Assembly: GCF_006345805.1 (NCBI RefSeq)
Contig: NW_021825216.1
Coordinates: 1 to 16,298 of the forward strand
Length of the DNA: 16,298 bases
Direction: 5' to 3'
Source: Octopus sinensis
Lineage: Eukaryota
Made by a program: the position numbers and the translations under genes
Notes under the pieces: generated by a model
What the model was told of the DNA's origin: nothing
Databases searched by the model: none
What the model saw: only the letters and a program-made list of their open reading frames with translations
Shown here: positions 7,505-16,298 of the stretch, piece by piece
Numbering within the stretch: the stretch's first letter is position 1
Layout: every line of letters starts with the position of its first letter

Positions 7505-9075
7505 CAATATAGTCCAATTTTTATGGTCCAATTCATTCCAAGTCGTTGACTGGCTTAGTTCAATTACTAATAGGAGGAGCACTAAGTTTATCCAGTTTGA
7601 CATTTCTATTTTTTATTCCTCCATCAATCCAATAGAACTTAATAAAAGCACTTTGGCTTGCTCATAACAAAGCTGGTCTCACCAGAGAAGAAATTAATGT
7701 TGTGCTGGCCACAAGAAAATCTATCATAAAGTTTGACAATAAGATGTGGGTCCATAAAGACACACCAGATGGTTTTGATGTTATGATGGGAAGTTCTGAT
7801 TCAGCACAAGTAGCTGATTTAGTCTGAATATATATACTTTATGAAATGACAGAAGAGTTCCCAAGCATCAATGGAGGTCTTTATCGTGATGATTGTTTAC
7901 TTTAGCTTCAAAATGTTTCTCACCAAAAAGTACAAAAGTTAAGAATAGTTAAGTTTTTCCATAGAATGGGTTTAGGCATTATTTTTGATGATGATGTAAC
8001 AAATGCCAACTTTTTAGATATTACACTTAACTTACACAATAATTCGTACTTCCCATACCACAAACCATCAACTAATCCTAAGTATATTAGCCAATTCAGT
8101 AATCATTCTAAGGCAATCACCAGGAACTTAGTTAAGAATATTTCATTTAGATTGTCTAAGTTATCTGCTAATGTTGACATTTTCAATGATAAGGCTGACT
8201 TTTATAGAGAAAGTTACCTACATTAATCTTATTCCACTTTTACTAATGGAGACATGAAATCTAGTTGTAAGGATATAAACAATATCAATTTTAATTTATA
8301 TGCCAACACCAAATAGAGGAAGGGAGATAACCCTTATTTAAACACCTTTTTTCATTCTAAAGATAAATTAATGTCTTTTAAAGATAGTTACACTAAAATA
8401 AGACAACTAATAGTAAAACTATTTGGTTGATTATTCCTTATGGGAGGCAAGTTAAATCTAATCTTCCTCTACAGTTTCGGGAAGCTGTTATTAGGAATTT
8501 TCCTAAGAATTCTAGGTATTAATCTATTATCAACTCACACACAGAATTGGTTTTTCCAACACAAATCTCCTTCAAATTATCTCCTCACATATTATTAGTC
8601 TGTTAAATAAGAATACATTTACTAATACTAACATAAATTTAGCTAATACCATCCATCCCCCAAGAAATATCAATAACAAGGTTATTGTCAACAGAATTAA
8701 AATTATGTCAAGTAACTCTAAAATTAAATATTCTATATACCAGTATAAAATTACTTCAGGTACTGACACCATTTTTATATAAGTAGTAGTTCTCAGTTAT
8801 CTACAAGATTTTCTAATCATTACCCTACATCTAGGGATAGGAATAAACATAATAGTACAGGGCTTAGTAAATTACTTTGGTATCTAAAAGACCATAATAT
8901 ACAATTTAATTCATATCAGTTGATTCTCTCAATTTCATTCCTTTATAACAAAGGCAAGGAATTCTGTCTTCTATATAATTGTGAACTTTCTTTTCTATAT
9001 AATTGTGAACATTCTTTTCTAAAAATCCCCTTGTAAACACGGCTTACCAATGTAAACACTGGTAGCAATACACCT
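7505..9075 (+). mobile_element. Third Naiad-type Penelope-like element (RT, linker, GIY-YIG), decayed
   Basis: RT: LWSNSFQVVDW..KFIQFDISIFYSSI, FDVMMGSSDSAQVADLV*IYIL, GGLYRDD (~7875-7895), NFLDITLNL..YFPYHKP. Linker: SKTIWLIIPYGRQVKSNL..RNFPKN (~8415-8520). Nuclease: IYQYKITS..YI..STRFSNH..NSTGLSKLLWYLKD..FCLLY.CE (~8730-8990). C-terminal QCKH (~9050). Confidence 0.85.
8969..9022 (+). repeat. 24-bp tandem duplication inside the Naiad GIY-YIG C-terminus
   Basis: TTCTATATAATTGTGAAC(T/A)TTCTT occurs twice (CTATATAATT at 8971 and 8995). Confidence 0.85.
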
Positions 9076-9420
9076 TTAGCTCATATAAGTGATATCTACC
9101 ATTATATATAATTTAAACATTGATTTTCTTCTTACATTTCACTTTCACTAAATATATCTTTTTCCAAGACTTTAGGATTTTATTTAAATTCATATATCAA
9201 AATCCCCTTCCGGTCAATTTATACTTAAAAGGTCACCCCCATGTGCTCTATTATTCATTCATCTAGCAGCGAGCGATGCCTGAGTATAGATAAGCTAAAA
9301 ATTTCTTTTCACTTCTTGACCGCCGTACTACATTCGCCTCTAACACTAAAAAAATGTATTATCTATTTACTAATACTAATACGCTTGTCTCTTTACGTGA
9401 GCTAAGCAGTTGACATCGTC

Positions 9421-9532
9421 TTCCCTAAATATCCTCTCATCATTATTATGTGCCGATAATTTCTCCCTTTCTCCACCGCCTTCCCTAAATATCCCTTTAT
9501 TATTATGTGCTGATAATTTCTCCCTTTCTCCA
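9421..9532 (+). repeat. ~60-bp imperfect tandem duplication near the presumed 5' end of the RTE
   Basis: TTCCCTAAATATCC...ATTATTATGTGC(C/T)GATAATTTCTCCCTTTCTCCA at 9421 and 9481. Confidence 0.85.
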
Positions 9533-10124
9533 TGTTACTACGATAATTATCTACGATAATTTGCCCGTTCAAGTCTTCACTCTCCCCTGTATCAAACTTC
9601 GCGCATTTGCGGTGCACCCGCCCTTGCCCACCCCCACCACCAATACCGGATATCTCTATATTTTGCTCCATCTATACCGGATATCCCTTCTCCCACCACC
9701 ATTATGGGTGTCTACTCCTCGAAACCCCCTCTTCAATACGCTATTTCACCATGTATTACCCCTCTCGTGATATCTTACGTTCTACTTGTCTAGAACCTGT
9801 CATCGTTTCTCCGAACACCCCTCCCCACTGGTGCTCCCCTATATTACTGCACCCTCTCCCCCTCACTCTCTCTTCTCCCTGCTAGAACGCCCCCCACCCC
9901 AGCCCATCTCTAGAATATCCATGTTTCTGCTACACTGCTTAAACCACATTGCTCAATGACCATAATGCTTGCTTAGAATACTACTATCACCTAGAATTTC
10001 AGTATTTCTACCACAGAGCTTACATCTACACCATCAATGACTCTAGTGCTTGTGCTTACAATGCTGCTAACACCTGACCCTGCCTACCGCAGGGGCCAGA
10101 ACCTTAACATGCCTAAATGCTTGA

Positions 10125-13022
10125 ATGTTGTCAGGTCAGAAGAGAGAGAGATCAGATGAAAATGCCCTCTTTTCAGGCGCCGAATTGAACCCCTCCCCCC
10201 ACATCTCCTTCCCAGTTTTCAGAGTTGGCACTGTCAATGTTGGTACACTGAAAGGTAGGTCTAGTGAGATTGTAGAGATGCTTGAGAGAAGACGGGTTGA
10301 TGTATGCTGCATACAAGAGGTAAGGTGGAGAGGTGCTTCAGCCAGGGTCCTCACAGGCAAGGCACATAGGTATAAAGTCTTCTGGCAAGGTAACATGGAT
10401 GGGGTAGGGGGTGTAGGCATTTTCCTTGCGGAGAAATGGGTGGATAAGGTCATAGAGGTTGTCAGGGTTTGCGACAGAGTGCTTAAGCTCAGGTTAGTCC
10501 TACAGAGTGGCACAGCTACGATTATCACCGCCTATGCCCCACAAGCGGGCCTACCAAATGATCAGAAGGACCACTTTTATGATACCCTTCTACAGGCTAC
10601 CTCAAAGACTAGTGGCAAGGACCTCATCTTTGTGGGTGGAGACTTTAATGGGCATGTTGGGCGGGAATCGGGTATCTTCACTGGGGTTCACGGTGGCCAT
10701 GGTATTGGCACCAGAAATGATGAGGGAACTAGACTACTGGAATTCTGTGATGCATGTAACCTTTTAATCTGCAACACCAACTTCAGGAAGCCTGACTGCC
10801 ACCTTATAACTTATCAGTCAGGGGACTCCGCTAGCCAAATAGACTTCATCTTCACCAGACAGCGGGATGCAGGGTCGCTCTTAAATACAAAGACCCTCCC
10901 GGGTGAAGAGTGTGTCCCTCAGCATAGGCTAATAATTAGTGACTTTAGGCTTGAGGCCAGAAGGACTCCAAGAAACAGACCAATCCAGAAAAGAAGGATT
11001 TGGAAGCTAAAGAACCCTTCACATGGTCAGAGATTTAGGGACATCCTCATCAAGAAATTTGATGAGAGGGAGGAGGAGCTACAGACGTCGGACATAGAAG
11101 GTAGCTGGAAATTCCTACGGGACAGCTTGCTGATTGCCACAGACCAAGTCTATGGATGGTGCAAAGTTCCTTCCAGACCTAGAGTTACGTGGTGGTGGAG
11201 TAGTGCAGTAGACAAAGCCATTAGTTCTAAGAAACAGGCCTGGAGAGCCTGGAGGGATGGGGGTAGCAGGGAACCGTACCATATAACCAAAAGGGAGGCC
11301 GGGCGGCAGGTATACATAGCTAAAGATATAGCAGAAAAGAAGAAGTTTGCCAATGTCCAGCGACGTGAGGACCAAAGAACTGAGGTATTTCATATTGCTA
11401 GACAGTGTGTGAGAGAAAATAGTGATGTTACAGGAGAGAAATGTGTCCGCATGGATGATGGGGCACTTGCCTTTAATGTTGGTGAAAAGAAAGAGGCTTG
11501 GAGAAGCCATTATGAAAGACTGCTGAATGTGGAGAATGAATGGGAGGAGGAGAGCCTGCCAAATGTTGACCCAGTAGAGGGACTAGCTATCCGAATAGAC
11601 GGCTCCCTAGTAGATAAAACAATTAAGGATATGAAACCGGGTAAAGCCCCCGGCCCATCAGGAATCACTGCTGAGATGCTTAAAACAGCTGGTTATGCGG
11701 GCTATGGCCTAGTCACCCGTATTGTTAACCAAGTAGTTCATAATGACTGGCATAGCAGCACCATAATCAACTGCTACAAAAGTAAGGGTGATCCTCTAGA
11801 TAGAAATAACTACAGGGGTATTAAACTGTTGGATCAGGTGATGAAGACCACAGAGAGGGTCATAACCCATCTCATTAGGGAGAGAATTTGCTTAGATGAG
11901 ATGCAGTTCGGTTTTGTGCCAGGTAGAAGCACCACTGATGCTATATTCCTGGTCCGACAACTGCAGGAGAAGTACCTAGCTAAAGATAAACCCCTCTACA
12001 TAGCTTTTGTGGACTTGGAGAAAGCCTTTGACAGGGTTCCCCGATTCCATATCTGGTGGTCGATGCGGAAACTGTTGATTGACGAATGGCTAATAAGGGC
12101 TGTACAGGCTCTATACAGAGAGGCTGTCAGCAAGGTTAGGATTGGCAACGAATATAGTGAAGAATTCCGGGTAGAAGTAGGTGTACACCAGGGCTCAGTC
12201 CTCAGTCCCCTTTTATTCATCATAGTCCTCCAGGCAATAACAGAGGAATTCAAAACAGGTTGCCCCTGGGAGCTCCTTTATGCTGATGACCTGGCCCTCA
12301 TAGCAGAATCACTACCGGAACTAAAAAAAAAAAAGAAATTTCGGGTGTGGAAACAAGGGTTAGAATCTAAGGGCCTTAGAGTAAATGTAGCGAAGACCAA
12401 AGTTATAGTATGCAGAAAGGCGAACTCAGCACACACCCCATCAGGCAGGTGGCCCTGCTCGAGCTGTAGGAAAGGCGTAGGTAGAAACTCCATAAGATGC
12501 ACCCAGTGTAAGCTATGGACGCATAAGAGGTGCAGCAACATCAAAGGGAAATTAACTGATAAGATAGCTTTCATGTGCGGCAGATGCACAGGGACAATAG
12601 ACACCACAGACACTCAAAAAACAGATTCCATCACACTCCAGGGGGAAAAACTAGAAGTAGTTGATAGTTTCCGCTACCTGGGTGACCAAGTTAGTAGTGG
12701 GGGTGGATGCTCAGAGAGTGTCACCACTAGAATACGAATAGCCTGGGCAAAGTTTAGAAAGCTCCTACCCCTACTGGCAAAGGGTCTCTCACTCAGAGTG
12801 AAAGGTAGATTGTATGATGCATGTGTGCAAACTGCCATGCTTCACGGCAATGAAACATGGGCCATGACTGCAGAGGACATGCGTAGACTTGAAAGAAATG
12901 AAGCTAGCATGATCCGCTGGATGTGTAATGTCAGTGTGAATGCACGACAGAGTGTAAGCACCCTGAGAGAAATGCTAGGCATAAGAAGCATCAGATGCGG
13001 TGTGCAAGAGCGACGCTTGTGA
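10125..13022 (+). CDS. RTE LINE ORF: apurinic endonuclease + reverse transcriptase + inserted PHD-like finger; prematurely terminated
   Basis: APE motifs GTVNVGTL, CCIQEVRW, YAPQ, GDFNGHVG, QIDFI, QHRLI. RT motifs KAPGPSG, YRGIKLL, QFGF, FVDLEKAFDRV, GVHQGSVLSP, YADD (12279-12290), FRYLG. TGA at 13020-22 interrupts the conserved RRL(R)WYGHV. The frame continues through GRGRPRKTW to a TAG at 13197-99 in DRDL(W)R. Confidence 0.95.
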   Translation: MLSGQKRERSDENALFSGAELNPSPHISFPVFRVGTVNVGTLKGRSSEIVEMLERRRVDVCCIQEVRWRGASARVLTGKAHRYKVFWQGNMDGVGGVGIFLAEKWVDKVIEVVRVCDRVLKLRLVLQSGTATIITAYAPQAGLPNDQKDHFYDTLLQATSKTSGKDLIFVGGDFNGHVGRESGIFTGVHGGHGIGTRNDEGTRLLEFCDACNLLICNTNFRKPDCHLITYQSGDSASQIDFIFTRQRDAGSLLNTKTLPGEECVPQHRLIISDFRLEARRTPRNRPIQKRRIWKLKNPSHGQRFRDILIKKFDEREEELQTSDIEGSWKFLRDSLLIATDQVYGWCKVPSRPRVTWWWSSAVDKAISSKKQAWRAWRDGGSREPYHITKREAGRQVYIAKDIAEKKKFANVQRREDQRTEVFHIARQCVRENSDVTGEKCVRMDDGALAFNVGEKKEAWRSHYERLLNVENEWEEESLPNVDPVEGLAIRIDGSLVDKTIKDMKPGKAPGPSGITAEMLKTAGYAGYGLVTRIVNQVVHNDWHSSTIINCYKSKGDPLDRNNYRGIKLLDQVMKTTERVITHLIRERICLDEMQFGFVPGRSTTDAIFLVRQLQEKYLAKDKPLYIAFVDLEKAFDRVPRFHIWWSMRKLLIDEWLIRAVQALYREAVSKVRIGNEYSEEFRVEVGVHQGSVLSPLLFIIVLQAITEEFKTGCPWELLYADDLALIAESLPELKKKKKFRVWKQGLESKGLRVNVAKTKVIVCRKANSAHTPSGRWPCSSCRKGVGRNSIRCTQCKLWTHKRCSNIKGKLTDKIAFMCGRCTGTIDTTDTQKTDSITLQGEKLEVVDSFRYLGDQVSSGGGCSESVTTRIRIAWAKFRKLLPLLAKGLSLRVKGRLYDACVQTAMLHGNETWAMTAEDMRRLERNEASMIRWMCNVSVNARQSVSTLREMLGIRSIRCGVQERRL

Positions 13023-13277
13023 TGGTATGGTCATGTACTGCGGTTGGATGAGGAGAGATGTGTGAAGAAGTGCCACTCCCGAACAGTTGAAGGAATCAGG
13101 GGGAGAGGTAGACCCAGGAAGACATGGGATGAGGTATTCAAGCATGACCTCAGAGCGTTGGGCCTCAATGAGGCAATGGCGAAGGACCGAGATCTCTAGA
13201 GATGTGATGTGACTACTAAGACCCGGGATGCTCTCGGCACCAGTTCCGCATACCCCCTGCCCATCCAAAGTACCTTG

Positions 13278-15070
13278 GATCCCGGAACATCTCGCTGTGC
13301 TTGAGGAGACCTGTCGAGTCAAGTGCATATACATGAACATCGAACCAAATATCAATGGAAACAGTTGTTGTGATACCTGTGCCGGTGACACATAAAAAGC
13401 ACCATCCGAATGTGGCCGTTGCCAGTGCAGCCTCCACTGGCTTCTGTGCCGGTGGCACATAAAAAGCACCACCCGAACGTGACCGATGCCAACCCCGCCT
13501 CGAATGGCTTCTGTGCCGGTGGCACATGAACATCGAACAAAATATCAATGGAAACAGTAGTTGTGATACCTGTGCTGGTGACACATAAAAAGCCCCATCC
13601 GAACGTAGCCGATGCCAGCACCGCCCCGACTGGCTTCTGTGCCGGTGGCACATAAAAAGCACCAACCGATCGTAGGATCCAGGAACATCTCGCTGTGCTT
13701 GAGGAGACCTGTTGAGTCAAGTGCATGTACAGGTACATGAACATCGAACCAAATATCAATGGAAACAGTAGTTGTGATACCTGTGCCGGTGACACATAAA
13801 AAGCACCATCCAAACGTGGCCGTTGCCAGTGAACATCGAACCAAATATCAATGGAAACAGTAGTTGTGATACCTGTGCCGGTGACACATAAAAAGCACCA
13901 TCCGAATGTGGCCGTTGCCAGTGCAGCCTCCACTGGCTTCTGTGCCGGTGGCACATAAAAGGCACCACCCGAACGTGACCGATGCCAACCCCGCCTCGAA
14001 TGGCTTCTGTGCTGGTGGCACATGAACATCGAATCAAATATCAATGGAAACAGTAGTTGTGATACCTGTGCCGGTGACACATAAAAAGCACCATCCGAAC
14101 GTGGCCGTTGCCAGTGCAGCCTCCACTGGCTTCTGTGCCGGTGGCACATGAATATCGAACCAAATATCAAAGGAAACAGTAGTTGTGATACCTGTGCCGG
14201 TGACACATAAAAAGCACCATCCGAACATGTCCGTTGCCAGTGCAGCCTCGACTGGCTTCTGTGCCGGTGGCACATAAAAAGCACCATCTGAACGTGACCA
14301 ATGCCAACCCTGCCTCGAATGGCTTCTGTGCCGGTGGCACATGAACATCGAACCAAATATCAATGGAAACAGTAGCTGTGATACCTGTGCCAGTGACACA
14401 TAAAAAGCACCATCCAGACGTGGCCGTTGCCAGTGCAGCCTCCACTGGCTTCTGTGCCGGTGGCACATAAAAAGCACCATCCGAACGTGACTGATGCCAA
14501 CCCCGCCTCGAATGGCTTCTGTGCCGGTGGCACATAAAAAGTACCATCCGAACGTGGCCGATGCCAGCACCGCCCCAACTGGCTTCTGTGCCGGTGGCAC
14601 ATAAAAAGCACCATCTGAGCGTGGCCGACGCCAGCACTGCCTCGACTGGCTTCTGTGCCGGTGGCACATAAAAAGCACCAACCGATTGTGAGATCCCGGA
14701 ACATCTCGCTGTGCTTGAGGAGACCTGTTGAGTCAAGTGCATGTACATGAACATCGAACCAAATATCAATGGAAACAGTAGTTGTGATACGTGTGCCAGT
14801 GACACATAAAAAGCACCATCCAAACGTGGCCGTTGCCAGTGCAGCCTCCACTGGCTTCTGTGCCGGTGGCACATAAAAAGCACCATCCAAATGTGACCGA
14901 TGCCAACCCTGCCGCGAATGGCTTCGGTCCCGGTGGCACATAAAAAGCACCATCCGAACGTGGCTGATGCCAGCACCGCCTTTACTGGCTTCTGTGCCGG
15001 TAGCACATAAAGAAAGCACCAACCGATCGTGGCCGATGCCAGACCCCTCTGGCACCTGTGCAGGTGGCAC
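13278..15070 (+). repeat. Complex minisatellite array in the RTE 3' UTR: 24 core copies, 67/59-bp spacing, higher-order blocks
   Basis: Core TGTGCCGGTG(G/A)CACAT starts at 13378, 13445, 13512, 13571, 13638, 13782, 13874, 13941, 14008, 14067, 14134, 14193, 14260, 14327, 14386, 14453, 14520, 14587, 14654, 14792, 14859, 14926, 14993 and 15057. Confidence 0.95.
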
Positions 15071-15519
15071 GTAAAAAGCACCCACTACACTCGCGGAGTG
15101 GTTGGCGTTAGGAAGGGCATCCAGCTGTAGAAACACTGCCAGATCAGACTGGAGCCTGGGGCAGCCCCTGGCTCCCCAGACCCCAGTCGAACCGTCCAAC
15201 CCGTGCTAGCGTGGAAAACGGACGTTAAACGATGATGATGATGATATCATTCTATACTTTGCATTTGTTTAATTTCTAATATATTTTCTTTCCTTTACCC
15301 CTCCTCTTTCTATAGGCTACCTTTGAGGTTATATCCTCTAACATTTTTCTGAAAAAAACTTAATAGCATACAATTCATCATTTTACTTATCCATCATATT
15401 CTGTTAAAATGTCTTATTGACGTATTTTATACCTTTGGAATAATACCGATGATATCTTCGAAACATGTCGGAAGTATAAGTATTTGAATAACGCCTGCAT
15501 TTAACTCCATTTATTTATA

Positions 15520-15533
15520 TATTTATATACATG

Positions 15534-15578
<45 letters not shown>

Positions 15579-15585
15579 GTATATA
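15520..15585. repeat. (TA)n microsatellite
   Basis: Directly visible. Confidence 0.9.
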
Positions 15586-16038
15586 TCTATATATATAAAA
15601 CTCAACTTGTGTGTCTGTGTGTGTATCTGTGTGTGTATGTCTGTGTGTTTAACTTACCGGCCAACAAATCGTAGAACCACCAAAAATGGGTCACTTAAAG
15701 TTTAGGCGAATGTGAATTGAACTGCGCAAAAATAGAGGGCATTAAATGCTTGATTTTAAATCCAAAATAAATGAATTTTGATTGAACTTCATCCAAGTTT
15801 AGCTTAATTCGCGTGTGCATAAAACGCACGAGGGCACGTACGTACATTGTGTAAGAAAGTATTGATTTTGCCCTCGCAGATTAATCGATTTTCCTCAGTG
15901 CGATTAATAGTCACACATGCAAAAATCATTTGCACTGCTTTCCTTTCGTATCACGCAGTGTACTTTCAGTTCAGCGAGATCAGTTACTTATGAGTTGTAA
16001 CAATTTTTGCTTCCACAGGTAAGCTGGGCAATACTACT

Positions 16039-16040
<2 letters not shown>
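15586..16040 (+). mobile_element. Probable non-autonomous Helitron-type element with internal (TG/TCTG)n microsatellite
   Basis: Starts A|TCTATATATATAAAA, then a (TGTC/TG)n tract. Ends with a short imperfect hairpin CAG-GTAAG-CTG (~16017-16026) and CTTG|T (degenerate CTAG) inside TA repeats. This matches the established layout of non-autonomous Helitrons. Confidence 0.55.
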
Positions 16041-16082
<42 letters not shown>

Positions 16083-16298
16083 CGAAATTATATATATATA
16101 TATAATATATCTATATATTAGATATATATTATATTTATGAATAATATATATATATATATATTTTTGAATATATATATATATATATATATTTATGAATATA
16201 TATATATATATATATATTTATGAATATATATATATATATATATTTATGAATATATATTATATATATATTTATGAATATATATATATAGATATATATTT
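16041..16298. repeat. (TA)n microsatellite with a ~26-28-bp higher-order TTTATGAA(TA)n unit
   Basis: TTTATGAATA-like interruptions at about 16079, 16135, 16162, 16188, 16217, 16243 and 16268. Confidence 0.9.

Larger units (their letters stand above)
9400..15245 (+). mobile_element. Near full-length RTE-clade LINE (5' boundary uncertain)
   Basis: C/T-rich 5' region, a single APE-RT ORF, a 3' UTR with an expanded repeat, then ...GGAAGGGCATCCAGCTGTAGAAAC...CGGACGTTAAAC and a (GAT)5 tail at 15231-15245. No convincing TSD was found. Confidence 0.85.

Noticed and set aside
9400-10124. ORF1 or an HDV-like ribozyme in the RTE 5' region
   Set aside because: Only short, low-complexity ORFs are present, and I could not assign the nested HDV pseudoknot by eye.
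13020-13022. Programmed readthrough of the RTE TGA
   Set aside because: Best explained as CGA>TGA at a conserved Arg. A second nonsense change at 13197 indicates decay.
13378-15070. CRISPR array (palindromic ~30-bp repeat with ~35-bp spacers)
   Set aside because: The spacers are homologous to each other and recur in a few types. There are no cas genes, the context is eukaryotic, and the array is continuous with a LINE 3' UTR.
12975-15199. Long Cys/His/Trp-rich minus-strand ORFs (165-334 aa), plus similar ORFs at 1347-1883
   Set aside because: They are translations of the tandem repeat; the same peptides recur in several frames and no domain is present.

Overview
AT-rich, microsatellite-rich eukaryotic DNA. 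The SINE and RTE repeats look like cephalopod (Octopus-type) families; this is recognition from memory, not a database result. The window is almost entirely intronic. A 169-nt minus-strand exon (5646-5814) encodes the start of a Sec2-type coiled coil resembling RAB3IP/Rabin8-RAB3IL1. A phase-compatible 37-nt exon lies upstream (6580-6616). The ORF track missed both. The rest is layered retroelements: three decayed Penelope-like elements of the Naiad type (RT, linker, GIY-YIG), a decayed CR1-group RT, three tRNA-derived SINEs (two with clear TSDs), an old RTE-type 3' tail and a probable non-autonomous Helitron. There is also a near-intact RTE-clade LINE (APE-RT, 965-aa ORF cut by a premature stop) with a C4HC3 PHD-like finger inserted just after the RT core. 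Its 3' UTR is expanded into a ~1.8-kb, 24-unit, modularly shuffled array of double-hairpin repeats. A permuted piece of the same array is fused to the truncated 5' end of a Naiad element about 11.5 kb away. No CRISPR array or prokaryotic system is supported.
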